Under the pieces are notes generated by a model that was not told where the DNA came from, made no database searches, and worked only from the letters and a program-made list of their open reading frames with translations. From positions 1 through 64,000 of the forward strand of contig JAYTOU010000023.1 of assembly GCA_043747615.1 (NCBI GenBank): DNA of 64,000 nucleotides. Direction: 5' to 3'. This document shows positions 1-8,295 of the stretch, piece after piece; the stretch's first letter is position 1; every line of letters starts with the position of its first letter. The translations under genes and the position numbers were made by a program. The stretch comes from Myxococcales bacterium (GTDB lineage: Bacteria > Myxococcota_A > Polyangia > Polyangiales > Polyangiaceae).

Positions 1-69
1 CGCTCCGCGCATCACGACGATCTGCGTCGTGCGGGTGTTCGGCCACAGGCCCAGCCAGATCGACTCCAT
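1..69 (-). CDS. Partial CDS running off the left edge (MESIWLGLWPNTRTTQIVVMRGA...), possibly an IS-associated accessory ORF
   Basis: Not in the ORF track. ATG at 69 on the minus strand has a strong AGGAGG RBS 6 nt upstream and the frame stays open to base 1. Resemblance to myxobacterial IS21-associated ORFs is from memory only. Confidence 0.45.
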   Translation of the reverse strand, partial: MESIWLGLWPNTRTTQIVVMRGA

Positions 70-388
70 GAGAAACCTCCTCGCGGAGTGCTTCGAGCTA
101 CGACGTGGTCCCAGGTGCGGGTCACGATCTGTCAGCAGAGGCGCCGCAGGCCACCGCTCAGCGGGTCCTTGCGACCCTTGCGTCATCCCCGTCGCCGGAC
201 TTCTTCTTATCACTCATGCCCGTGACGCTAGCACGGCGTGCGGAATGTCCTTCCGTAACGCGTTTTCGCCACGGCACGACACCGCATGAGCTCGCGATAC
301 GACGACGAAAACCCATGGCCGGAAAGTTGCTCCTCGTTGCTTACTGCCCCGCTGCCCCCAAAGGCAGACGCAGCACAATCGGACCCGC

Positions 389-1279
389 ATGAGAGAAATG
401 TCAGAAATGCTTTCGCCACTGGTGGAGAGTTGTCGGGGTTCCGTCCCGGCCAAAGAGCGCGTCCTCCCCCGCTACGAGAAACAACTCGCCAGCTTCCACA
501 GCGCCTTCGAGCCAGAGCTTCTGCAAATTCTGGACGCCTTGCCACTCGCGCCCTCGATGAAGGTGCTCGATCTCGCCTGCGGGGACGGCTTCTATACCCG
601 CCGCATTGCTGAACGATTGGGAGCCGGCGGGTCGGTTACCGGAGTGGATCTCAACCTCGCTTACCTCTCCGAGGCGCGCGAAGAGGCGGCACGACGAACC
701 GGGCGAGCGACTATCGACTTCGTCGCCGCCTCTTTCGATCGGCTGCCATTCGCGGACGACACGTTCGACTTCGTGTGGTGTGCCCAGAGCCTCTACAGCC
801 TTCCTGAGCCCGTTGTTGTGCTCGGACATTTGGCTCGGGTGCTTCGGCCAGGGGGTATCGTCGCGGTGCTCGAGAACGATACGATGCATCAGGTGTTCTT
901 GCCGTGGCCCGTCCGACTGGAGCTCCCTTTGCGCGTGGCGGAGCTGCGGGCGCTCTCGGAGGCGACGCACAACCCGAGCAAGTACTATGTCGGCCGGAGG
1001 CTCCCTGCCGTCTTTGCCGCGGCGGGTCTCGAGCCATTGAAAATCGCGACGCGGGCGATCGATCGGCAAGCCCCGTTCGGCGAAGCCGAGCAGGGGCTCT
1101 TGCAGAGTTACCTCGAGGAGGTGGCCCGTCGCGTCGCCCCCCACCTCGATCCCGCACTGCTCCGTGAGCTACGTCAGCTCATCGATCCAAGCTCTCCTGA
1201 CCACATGCTTCGCCAGCCCTACCTCACGATGACTTGGCTGAACGTGCTGGCTCTCGGACGAAAGCGCAGCGGTCCATGA
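389..1279 (+). CDS. Class I SAM-dependent methyltransferase (UbiE/Methyltransf_11-like)
   Basis: Motifs VLDLACGDG, VTGVDLN, LPFADDTFDFV and LARVLRPGG. Confidence 0.85.
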   Translation: MREMSEMLSPLVESCRGSVPAKERVLPRYEKQLASFHSAFEPELLQILDALPLAPSMKVLDLACGDGFYTRRIAERLGAGGSVTGVDLNLAYLSEAREEAARRTGRATIDFVAASFDRLPFADDTFDFVWCAQSLYSLPEPVVVLGHLARVLRPGGIVAVLENDTMHQVFLPWPVRLELPLRVAELRALSEATHNPSKYYVGRRLPAVFAAAGLEPLKIATRAIDRQAPFGEAEQGLLQSYLEEVARRVAPHLDPALLRELRQLIDPSSPDHMLRQPYLTMTWLNVLALGRKRSGP

Positions 1280-1485
1280 CGAACCCCCGGCCCCGAGTAG
1301 CCCTTGCGGCCATGATCGTCGCCGCGCTGATCGCGCTGTGCGTCGTCCCGGCGGCGATTTCACTCGCAACCCGGGACGGAGCCGTCTGCTTCACAGACTC
1401 CGCGTGCCCTCTCTCGGCGGTCAACCCCTGCATGCGCCGGCCGTCGTTCGCGCTGGTCGGAAGATGCGCGGTCGCTATCAAGTGA
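1276..1485 (+). CDS. Small membrane-anchored Cys-rich protein (69 aa)
   Basis: ATGA overlap with the methyltransferase stop. Hydrophobic N-terminal helix followed by CFTDSAC...C...C. Confidence 0.55.
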   Translation: MTNPRPRVALAAMIVAALIALCVVPAAISLATRDGAVCFTDSACPLSAVNPCMRRPSFALVGRCAVAIK

Positions 1486-1524
1486 GGGTCATCGCCGATG
1501 CGACACCCGCAAGCTCTACGTGCG

Positions 1525-2040
1525 CTACTTCTTCTTCGCGCCGGACTTCTTCGCGCCAGACCGTTTCTTCGGGGAGGACTTCGCAGGGGCCTTCTTGGTC
1601 GATGATTTGGCGCCGCTGGATGCTGCCTTCCGCTTCGGGACGCGGGCCTTTTTCGCGGACGAGGTGCGCTTGGGCGCCGTAGCCGCTCTATCCCGCATCC
1701 ACAGCCCGATCCAGTTGCCCGCGGGGTCCGTGAACCCGGCGATCGATCCCATTCCGCCCGGCAGATCCATCTTCGGCATCACCATTCGGCCGCCGCCGCG
1801 CTCAATCTTGCCGAACACCGCATCGATGTCGCCGACGCTGATGTAGACGGCGACGCTCGGCTGATGATTGTGCGAGGTGCCGACGCCGCCAGGCATGCCC
1901 CCGGGCTCAGCGTCGACCATCATCGCGTCGCCGTCTCCGGGCTGCGGCTTCATCTTCCAACCGAAAGTGCTCTTGTAGAACTGTTGAAGCGCGTGCCCGT
2001 TGGGGCCTTGGATCTGGAACCAGCTCACTGCGTGGGACAT
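1525..2040 (-). CDS. VOC/glyoxalase-like protein with a Lys-rich C-terminal tail
   Basis: AVSWFQI, FYKSTFGW, VYISVGDID and FTDPAGNWIGL motifs. AAGGA RBS. The last ~45 aa are K/A/S/P-rich. Confidence 0.85.
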   Translation of the reverse strand: MSHAVSWFQIQGPNGHALQQFYKSTFGWKMKPQPGDGDAMMVDAEPGGMPGGVGTSHNHQPSVAVYISVGDIDAVFGKIERGGGRMVMPKMDLPGGMGSIAGFTDPAGNWIGLWMRDRAATAPKRTSSAKKARVPKRKAASSGAKSSTKKAPAKSSPKKRSGAKKSGAKKK

Positions 2041-2063
2041 GGGTATTCCTTTTTAGGGAGGGG

Positions 2064-2213
2064 TCAGTGCAAGTTCCCGGTCAGCCAGAGCACCACGAGC
2101 ACCAGCACGATGATGCCCGCCGGCGACCAGCCCCTTGCCCCGTAGCGCGAGTGCCCCCAGCCGCCTGCGCCGAGCGCCAGCAGCAGGACCACGATGAGGA
2201 TAATCGTCAGCAT
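2064..2213 (-). CDS. Small two-TM membrane protein, DUF3309-like (49 aa)
   Basis: Below the ORF-track cutoff. Translates as MLTIILIVVLLLALGAGGWGHSRYGARGWSPAGIIVLVLVVLWLTGNLH; the W-x-HSR-x-G loop is typical of DUF3309. Confidence 0.75.
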   Translation of the reverse strand: MLTIILIVVLLLALGAGGWGHSRYGARGWSPAGIIVLVLVVLWLTGNLH

Positions 2214-2296
2214 GCGATGTAGATGCCCCGGTCAGCGGTCCAGTTGCGTTTGCCCGCGGGAGGCGAGTAAGCATTCGGCGTCGAACCTTCAAGCCG

Positions 2297-4078
2297 GTGT
2301 CGCCTGAGCAGTCGGTGGTTACCGATGTGGCGTGGCCAACTGAGCGTCCGCCGGCCTCGTTTTCGCCGGCGCCACTCGCCTCTGGACGAGACGAGGATTG
2401 GCCGATGTTCCGGGACGATCTCGAGCGCTCGGGATTCGCCGAGGGGTCCACCGTCGGCGCCGACGTGAGCATCGCCTGGGAGATCCCCCGCTTCAACGTG
2501 ACGCGCTACGGCGCCGCGAAAGGATCGCCGTCCGTGGTAGGGGACATGCTCTATTGCGGTACGGATACCGGGCGCTTCATCGCGGCGCGCATCGACGATG
2601 GAAGCATCGTCTGGCAGGTGCAGCTCACGCCGACCTCACACGGCATCCACGGGTCGCCGGCCATCGCGGGGGACGTCGTGTACATCGGCGCGTACGACGG
2701 ACCCCTCTCCGCGTTCGAGCGGCGAACGGGCCTCCTCCTCTGGCGCCACAAGCGCGGCTATCAAGTCGGATCGTCGCCCGCCGTCGTGCCCGAGTGGGGC
2801 ATCGTATATAGCGCGCACGAGGAATCGCCAAACGGTGGCGGAGTCATCCTGGCGCTCGACGCGCGCACGGGCGCGAAGCTCTGGGAGAGCCGCACCGAAG
2901 CGCATCCCCACTCGAGCGTCGCCGTGGATGTCGCGCGCGAGACGGTGTTCGTCGGTGACAACCGCGGAATCATGTACGCGCTCGACGCCCGGCGCGGAGG
3001 GCTGCGTTGGAAGCGTGAGCTCGACCGCGAAGACGGGAAAGCAGACATCAAGACGACGCCCATGGTTATGGCGGATCGAGGTCTCGTCGTCTTCGGCGCG
3101 TGGTCCGGCAAAGTCGTCGCGCTCCGCGAAGAAACCGGCGAGATCGTCTGGGAGCACGCGACGGGCGGCCGCATCATGGGGTCGACGGCGCGGCTGCCAC
3201 GCGACGGGAGCATCTTCGTGGGATCACCGGCGGGCGATCTCTTCGCCATCGACGACGCGACCGGCGCGACGAAGTGGACCTTCCACGTTGGCACGAGAAT
3301 CATGAGCTCCCCAGCCGTCAGCGGCGACGGACGCGCGGTCGTGTTCGGGGCGGGCGACGGCGACATCTACGCGGTCCGCACCGATTCGGGCGAGAAGCTC
3401 TGGAGCGTTCACCTTGGGGGCAGGGTCAGCGGCTCTCCAACGCTCGTCGGAGACCGCATCTACGTAACGAGTCACCGGGGAGGCTTGTGGGCGCATATCG
3501 CCGCGAAGCGCCCCGGAATCTCGGTGCGCGTGCTCGACGCGATCCGCGCGGTGCCGCGCCACTGGTTCGTCGGTGCGCCGATCGAACGCGCCTACCGCGA
3601 TCGGCCGCTGCCCATCGGGTGGGGTCAGACCATCTCTCAGCCGTCTGTCGTCGCCGTGATGACGCAAGCCCTCGAGCTCGAATCGCATCACCGTGTCCTC
3701 GAGATCGGGACCGGCTCGGGGTACCAGGCGGCCGTGCTCTCGAAGCTCGTTGCGCACGTCGACACGATTGAGATCGTCAGCGCGCTGGCCGACGCCGCGC
3801 GAACGCGACTTGCCACGCTCGGCTACGCGAACGTCGAGGTCAGCACAGGCGATGGGTACACGGGCTGCCCCGAGCGAGCGCCGTACGATCGGATTCTGCT
3901 GACGGCTGCGCCATCGGAGGTTCCGGGCGCGCTGTTCGAGCAGCTCGCCGAAGGAGGGATCCTCCTGGCACCGGTTGGAGAGGGAGCAACGCAGCGGCTC
4001 GTTCGATGGAGAAAGCGTGAGGGGCAACTCGTCGAAGATGACCTCGGGCGCATTCTGTTCGTCCCGATGGTCCACTGA
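2297..4078 (+). CDS. pcm: PQQ-like beta-propeller (BamB/AfsK-type repeats) fused to protein-L-isoaspartate O-methyltransferase
   Basis: N-terminal WPMFR, SSPAV and ALDARTGAKLW-type repeats. After ~3493 come PCM motifs VLDAIRAVPRHWFV, QTISQP, VLEIGTGSGYQAAVLS, APYDRILLTAA and FVPMV. Confidence 0.8.
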   Translation: MSPEQSVVTDVAWPTERPPASFSPAPLASGRDEDWPMFRDDLERSGFAEGSTVGADVSIAWEIPRFNVTRYGAAKGSPSVVGDMLYCGTDTGRFIAARIDDGSIVWQVQLTPTSHGIHGSPAIAGDVVYIGAYDGPLSAFERRTGLLLWRHKRGYQVGSSPAVVPEWGIVYSAHEESPNGGGVILALDARTGAKLWESRTEAHPHSSVAVDVARETVFVGDNRGIMYALDARRGGLRWKRELDREDGKADIKTTPMVMADRGLVVFGAWSGKVVALREETGEIVWEHATGGRIMGSTARLPRDGSIFVGSPAGDLFAIDDATGATKWTFHVGTRIMSSPAVSGDGRAVVFGAGDGDIYAVRTDSGEKLWSVHLGGRVSGSPTLVGDRIYVTSHRGGLWAHIAAKRPGISVRVLDAIRAVPRHWFVGAPIERAYRDRPLPIGWGQTISQPSVVAVMTQALELESHHRVLEIGTGSGYQAAVLSKLVAHVDTIEIVSALADAARTRLATLGYANVEVSTGDGYTGCPERAPYDRILLTAAPSEVPGALFEQLAEGGILLAPVGEGATQRLVRWRKREGQLVEDDLGRILFVPMVH

Positions 4079-4296
4079 CACGCTCACGATCCCCGCGAGT
4101 CCTACGCGAACCCGATCGCCGAACCTTGCGGCTCGCTTTGGATATCTGACCGCGCCGGTGGGATCGCGCGGCGCCCCGTGTGGCATTCCTGGGTGGCTCG
4201 CTACCGCGAATGCGCCGCAAGACGTGCCGTGACGGCTGCGCGTGTGCCGGTATGGTTCATGCTCAGTTCGCTGGCCTAACCGAAGGAGTCTCACCC

Positions 4297-4539
4297 ATGA
4301 TCAATGCCAGCCAGATCAAGCCGCACGCGCCTGTTGTTTGTTCAAACAACGGTCAGTTTGCCGTCGTCGACCACGTCGAAGGGACCGATACCATCAAGCT
4401 CGCGAAGGACGACAAGGGGAAGCATCACTACATCCCCATGAAGTGGGTCACGTCCGTCGACGACAAGGTGCACATCGATCGTCCAGGCGATCAGGCGATG
4501 CGCGAGTGGTCGGACAAGACGCCGGCGCTGAAAGCGTAA
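4297..4539 (+). CDS. DUF2171-like small protein (80 aa)
   Basis: AAGGAG RBS before ATG 4297. VDHVEG..IKLAKDD.GKHHYIP..WV..VD motif. Confidence 0.8.
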   Translation: MINASQIKPHAPVVCSNNGQFAVVDHVEGTDTIKLAKDDKGKHHYIPMKWVTSVDDKVHIDRPGDQAMREWSDKTPALKA

Positions 4540-4550
4540 CCGTCGTGAGT

Positions 4551-4578
4551 TGCCGCGGGGCTAGCCTGCTCCGCGGCA
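4551..4578 (+). terminator. GC-rich hairpin after the DUF2171-like gene
   Basis: TGCCGCGG...CCGCGGCA inverted repeat starting 12 nt after the stop; no clear U-tract. Confidence 0.3.
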
Positions 4579-4596
4579 CCTCTTGCCTGCGCGCGG

Positions 4597-4704
4597 TTAC
4601 GCCCGCGCGAGAACAGCGAGCGCTACGTTGGGCCACTGAACGACGACGATCTTGCCCGTCGCTCGGTCACGGAAGCCCCAGTCCAACCAACCGCGTACCG
4701 TCAT
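4597..4704 (-). pseudogene. Probable truncated small membrane protein (MTVRGWLDWGFRDRATGKIVVVQWPNVALAVLARA)
   Basis: Protein-like N-terminus that stops within its first hydrophobic helix; family recalled only vaguely. Confidence 0.3.
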
Positions 4705-4774
4705 GATCTCAATAGTGTGACGCGTCTCCGGGTTCGATCGAGGGCTCGCAACACGAGAGGTGCCACAACATCGG

Positions 4775-5123
4775 TCAGGCGATGCCGACGGCGGCATTGT
4801 AGTCAAAGAGCTTCGAGTGCCGGATGTACCCGCGGGCGACCTTCTCGCTCTTATGAAGCGTTTGCCTCATGATCGCGTCGAGGCTCTTCCCCTTCTTCGC
4901 GGCTGTCGTCGCGAAGCCCGCGCGGAGACGCTCCTGTCGCTGAGAGCAGCGGATCCGAGGTGGCGGTGTTGGTCAATGGGGCGGAAGAGCGCTCCCTCCT
5001 TGATTTCGCTGGCCGCGAGCCACGCCGCAAGCGCGCGTACAGGACAGAGCGCTGGGTTCGATGCGAAGGGAATCCCCTTTTCAGCGCCCCGCCCCTCCTG
5101 GTCGCCCTTTGACCGTCGCGATC
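4775..5123 (-). pseudogene. Cre-like tyrosine recombinase, C-terminal remnant with an internal deletion and frameshift
   Basis: One frame reads RRSKGDQEGRG..CPVRALAAWL..LFRPID..LSDRSV. After ~4928 another frame reads LRAGFATTAA..IMRQTLHKSEKVARGYIR..stop at 4775. The segment carrying the H of HxxR is missing, as is the N-terminus. Confidence 0.8.
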
Positions 5124-5135
5124 CGCGAGATGCCT

Positions 5136-6068
5136 TTAGTTGGAGGCGCGACCGAGAATCCACCCCTCAACCCGATGCACTTCATTGCTCTTCGGGATAC
5201 CGACATCGCGCGAGCCCTGCACAACGGAAAGCATGCCGAGAAGACCGACGACCGCGTCGAATCGATCCTCCCCGTCACCGCGGGCGCCAAATCCGTCGCG
5301 TAGTTCGAGTCCCAGCGCCGGGGAGATCCCTATGCTGGCCGTGCGAGACCATTCGAGGATGCCGCTCGCGCTCGCGGCCCGAGAGCTTTGAGATCGTTTT
5401 CCGCGCCCGCCGGAGGTCTTTGGCAGCTCCGCTCCAACGTAGGGATACACGTCCCCCGGGTATGTCTCGACGATAACGGTTCGATCTCTAGCGAGAAGAT
5501 CATCGAACGCGCCATCGAAAGGCCAGAGGTCGACGAGCCCCATCGCGCGCGCAGGGAGGAGAACCTCTCTCCAGCCCGTGATTGCGCCTTTTCCGACTTG
5601 ATTCCCTCCGAGGGTCCAGAAAATCGGGCACGATCGCCGCCCCTGAGCAACATCGCATCGGCGAAAAAGCTGGTCGGCTGAGTGGAGCCCAAGACGGGCA
5701 ACGAGGTGCTCGCGTTTCGTCCCACCCACACCGTTCGGATAGAAGGGGCGCCACAAAGAAATCTCCGACTCCGTGCGAGCGACGTTGAAGAACGTTGACC
5801 ACACGCCGACGCCAAGCGTCGGAAGGAGATCGGCGAAGGAAGTCACGCCGGCGCGGGTTGCATATGCCGACGGGATTCCAATCGGAAAGTCGAAGCCGAG
5901 GAGCGTCGAAGGCTCGGCTGCTACTTCGAGGAGGGCAGCTGGCGTGATGATCTCGGGAGCGCCGACGACGTATCGTCGATCGGCATCAAGATCCGCACGG
6001 GCAGCCCAGCGCTTGTTTGGGGCCATGCTCCAGTCCGCGTGGATCACTCGTCGCGGTCGGTGTCTCAT
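5136..6068 (-). CDS. DUF429-like predicted nuclease (RNase H-like fold)
   Basis: HADWS, LGFDFPIGIP, LWPFDG, VETYP, EDRFDAVV and VEGWILG motifs. Start placed at ATG 6068; the longer track ORF would overlap the antitoxin. Confidence 0.7.
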   Translation of the reverse strand: MRHRPRRVIHADWSMAPNKRWAARADLDADRRYVVGAPEIITPAALLEVAAEPSTLLGFDFPIGIPSAYATRAGVTSFADLLPTLGVGVWSTFFNVARTESEISLWRPFYPNGVGGTKREHLVARLGLHSADQLFRRCDVAQGRRSCPIFWTLGGNQVGKGAITGWREVLLPARAMGLVDLWPFDGAFDDLLARDRTVIVETYPGDVYPYVGAELPKTSGGRGKRSQSSRAASASGILEWSRTASIGISPALGLELRDGFGARGDGEDRFDAVVGLLGMLSVVQGSRDVGIPKSNEVHRVEGWILGRASN

Positions 6069-6155
6069 TGCTCCCGATGATAACAGGGGGCGCGCGCCGA
6101 GGCGCTGCGGGCTCCCCGATTTTCGGCCTCGCCACTTAGCTTCAAAGCTATGGCA

Positions 6156-6191
6156 TTGACGATATCGCGTCTGCGATACATGCTTAGGACA
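6156..6191 (+). promoter_or_regulatory. Candidate sigma70 promoter with a palindromic operator for the antitoxin gene
   Basis: TTGACG (6156-6161), 17 bp, CATGCT (6179-6184). The spacer holds the inverted repeat TATCGC-N4-GCGATA. Predicted +1 falls at or near ATG 6191, so the mRNA may be leaderless. Confidence 0.45.
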
Positions 6192-6466
6192 TGAAGAAGG
6201 ATTTTCTCGCCGAGATGACGAAGGAGCGGACTGCGCGGAATCCGGAGTTTCCGAAGCTCGTGGCTGAGGCCGCGGAGCGAAGAAGGCTGGCGCACAAGCT
6301 CGCTGCCATCCGGCAGAAGAGCGACCTCTCACAGACGCTCGTTGCGGCGCGGATGGGCACGTCAGCCTCGGTCGTGAGCAAGCTCGAGGCGGGAGGAGAC
6401 GTGAAGATGTCGACGTTGCAGCGGTATTGCGCGGCGATTGGCAGGAAACTCCCGGTTGCGATTTAG
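6191..6466 (+). CDS. XRE-family HTH antitoxin (HigA-like)
   Basis: LAAIRQKSDLSQTLVAARMGTSASVVSKLEAG..DVKMSTLQRYCAAIG HTH; adjacent to a RelE-like remnant. Confidence 0.85.
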   Translation: MKKDFLAEMTKERTARNPEFPKLVAEAAERRRLAHKLAAIRQKSDLSQTLVAARMGTSASVVSKLEAGGDVKMSTLQRYCAAIGRKLPVAI

Positions 6467-6489
6467 CTCGGCTCCTGCGCGGTTTTTCC

Positions 6490-6690
6490 CTAGAGGGCGC
6501 CGCGATGTCGCCAGTCTCGGAGTCGGTCCTCGGCAAGATCGAGCTCGCGGTGCGGCGTCTTCTGCGTTTTCTTGGTAAAGGCAGAAAGGGAGAGCAGCAC
6601 CTGGCTGTACTTGCCTTCGGCCGAGAAGACCTGCGCGGCGATATCTACGAGGTGCGTGCGAACGCGAGCACGCGAAGCTTTCGGCTGCTC
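6490..6690 (-). pseudogene. RelE/HigB (Gp49-like) toxin remnant with an internal inversion
   Basis: Minus strand 6627-6490 reads FSAEGKYSQVLLSLSAFTKKTQKTPHRELDLAEDRLRDWR. The preceding toxin segment LRGDIYEVRANASTRSFRLL is on the PLUS strand at 6631-6690. Confidence 0.75.
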
Positions 6691-6776
6691 ACCGCGTCGT
6701 GTTAAGGGGCCCATCGAGCAGAAAAGTAAAGCCGACCAACCCGCAACCCTGAACTGCCCGAGCGCCGATTCGCTCC

Positions 6777-6845
6777 GGTCACGATGACGCGGAACGCGGG
6801 GTCATGATGCCGCGGAACAGGTGGTCACGATCGGCGAAATGCGCA
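6777..6845. mobile_element. Isolated IS21-family-like terminal sequence
   Basis: Three tandem 23-bp units starting GGTCAYGAT (6777, 6800, 6823) and ending ...AAATGCGCA. A TG..CA terminus with subterminal repeats is typical of IS21 ends. No transposase nearby. Confidence 0.6.
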
Positions 6846-7037
6846 ACGTATGATGTCGGGATGGACCCGGACGAGATCATGCGCGCGACAAACCAGGCTT
6901 CCGTGCAGCGTGATGAGCGAAACAAGCCCGCGCGAAGCTCGGGGATCTCCCGCCGCGAATTGCGCGAGGCTCGAGCACGTCGAAAGCGCGCGCTCTTGGA
7001 CGCGAAGGAGGGATGCCAACCCAGAGGCGCGGCGCAC

Positions 7038-7637
7038 TCACGGACAACTGAGGTGGTTGGTGGTGTCTGCCGAACACTTGGCGTTACATCCCGTAGACCC
7101 GCATTTGTCACATGTGCCGTCTGGGCCAGTGCAATAGCCGCAATCCATGAGCAGCCCTCCATCGCTGCTGTCCGCCACGCAGCTCGCCCCCACGCAGAAC
7201 GCGCGGCGGAGGCCGAGGTCGGGCGTGCCGGCGATGTAACTGCACACGAGCCCACATGGAGTTTGCGCGGGTCGGCTCGCTAAAGCGGAACACCCCCCGA
7301 TCCCGTTGCACGTCGAAACCGTGCAAGCCGTGCCCGGGCATACGCCATTCGGATCCGTCGCAGGCGCAATGGGTACGCAAGCATGTTTGACACATGACCA
7401 GCACCCCGCAGTTTGCGAAGTTCTAGGCTGTACGCAATCGACGCCCGTGTTGCATTCGACACCGGCGTCGCCCGAGTCCTTTCCCGATTCGGCAGCGTCT
7501 TGGTCGGCAGCGTCAGCAGGGGAAGCGTCGGCCGCTGTCACGGCGGAGGCAGACGTCGAGCATCCCTGCAGTGCTCCCATCGTGAAGCAGACCGACGTCA
7601 ACATTGCAGAAAGCAGTAGAGGGGTGCGAGCCGTCAT
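7038..7637 (-). CDS. Cys-rich lipoprotein
   Basis: Start placed at ATG 7637. Lipobox LQGC, an Asp/Ala-rich linker, then many regularly spaced Cys. Confidence 0.7.
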   Translation of the reverse strand: MTARTPLLLSAMLTSVCFTMGALQGCSTSASAVTAADASPADAADQDAAESGKDSGDAGVECNTGVDCVQPRTSQTAGCWSCVKHACVPIAPATDPNGVCPGTACTVSTCNGIGGCSALASRPAQTPCGLVCSYIAGTPDLGLRRAFCVGASCVADSSDGGLLMDCGYCTGPDGTCDKCGSTGCNAKCSADTTNHLSCP

Positions 7638-7879
7638 GACGAGCGATGGAGCTGGCGCGGCGTCGCGACGGGCGTGTGATTTGGTGGTGACCTCCGGTAT
7701 TTGAGGTTCCAAGCGGGGGAGAATCAACGCTTCATTGCCTTCATTGGTGGACAGGCGAGCAAGTAGCGCGCCCGCGAGGCTCTCATTCTTGGCGTGATCC
7801 TGGCCCCGTGTCGTCATATGCGTTCATAGCATGGGCTCGACGCGAAGGAGGTGCGTCCACCTCGTGAGCGGGCGGAAGC

Positions 7880-8140
7880 AAGCGCCGACGCTTTCGAGCT
7901 CGTACGCCGCGTCGCTCTTCGAGGCAAAGGTCAATGAGGGAAAGATCAAGTCGGCGAAGGGGCGCGAGAATTGGGCGACGACGCTCGCGCGTCTGATTCC
8001 GGTCCTCGGACACCTTTACGTCGACGAGATCCGACCCGCGCATCTCATCGCCTGGCGTAACGAGATGGCTCGCTGGATGCGCGATGGGATGCCGTCGATC
8101 CGGAAGCGCGACGAGGGGAAGAACAAGATCGTTCCACTCG
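7880..8140 (+). pseudogene. Probable phage-integrase N-terminal (core-binding) fragment
   Basis: LSSSYAASLFEAKVNEGKIKSAKGRENWATTLARLIPVLGHLYVDEIRPAHLIAWR resembles integrase core-binding helices. No catalytic domain follows. Confidence 0.45.
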
Positions 8141-8295
8141 CGGCAGCCTCACGCCGAACTTCCAACCAATCGTCGGCAGACGCTTTACCATGCGAAGCAG
8201 GTCGGACATCGGGTTCCACCGGCCGGTCACGTCCCGCGACCGACATCGGCGGCAAAGCAATTTTACACTACTCGCGCGACCGAGGGAGCTTCATC

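Noticed and set aside
6069..6536. N-terminal extension of the 466-aa track ORF 5136-6536
   Set aside because: Overlaps the antitoxin on the opposite strand; recognisable sequence starts at ATG 6068.
6777..6845. Possible mini-CRISPR array
   Set aside because: The units are contiguous 23-mers with no unique spacers and there are no cas genes; an IS end fits better.
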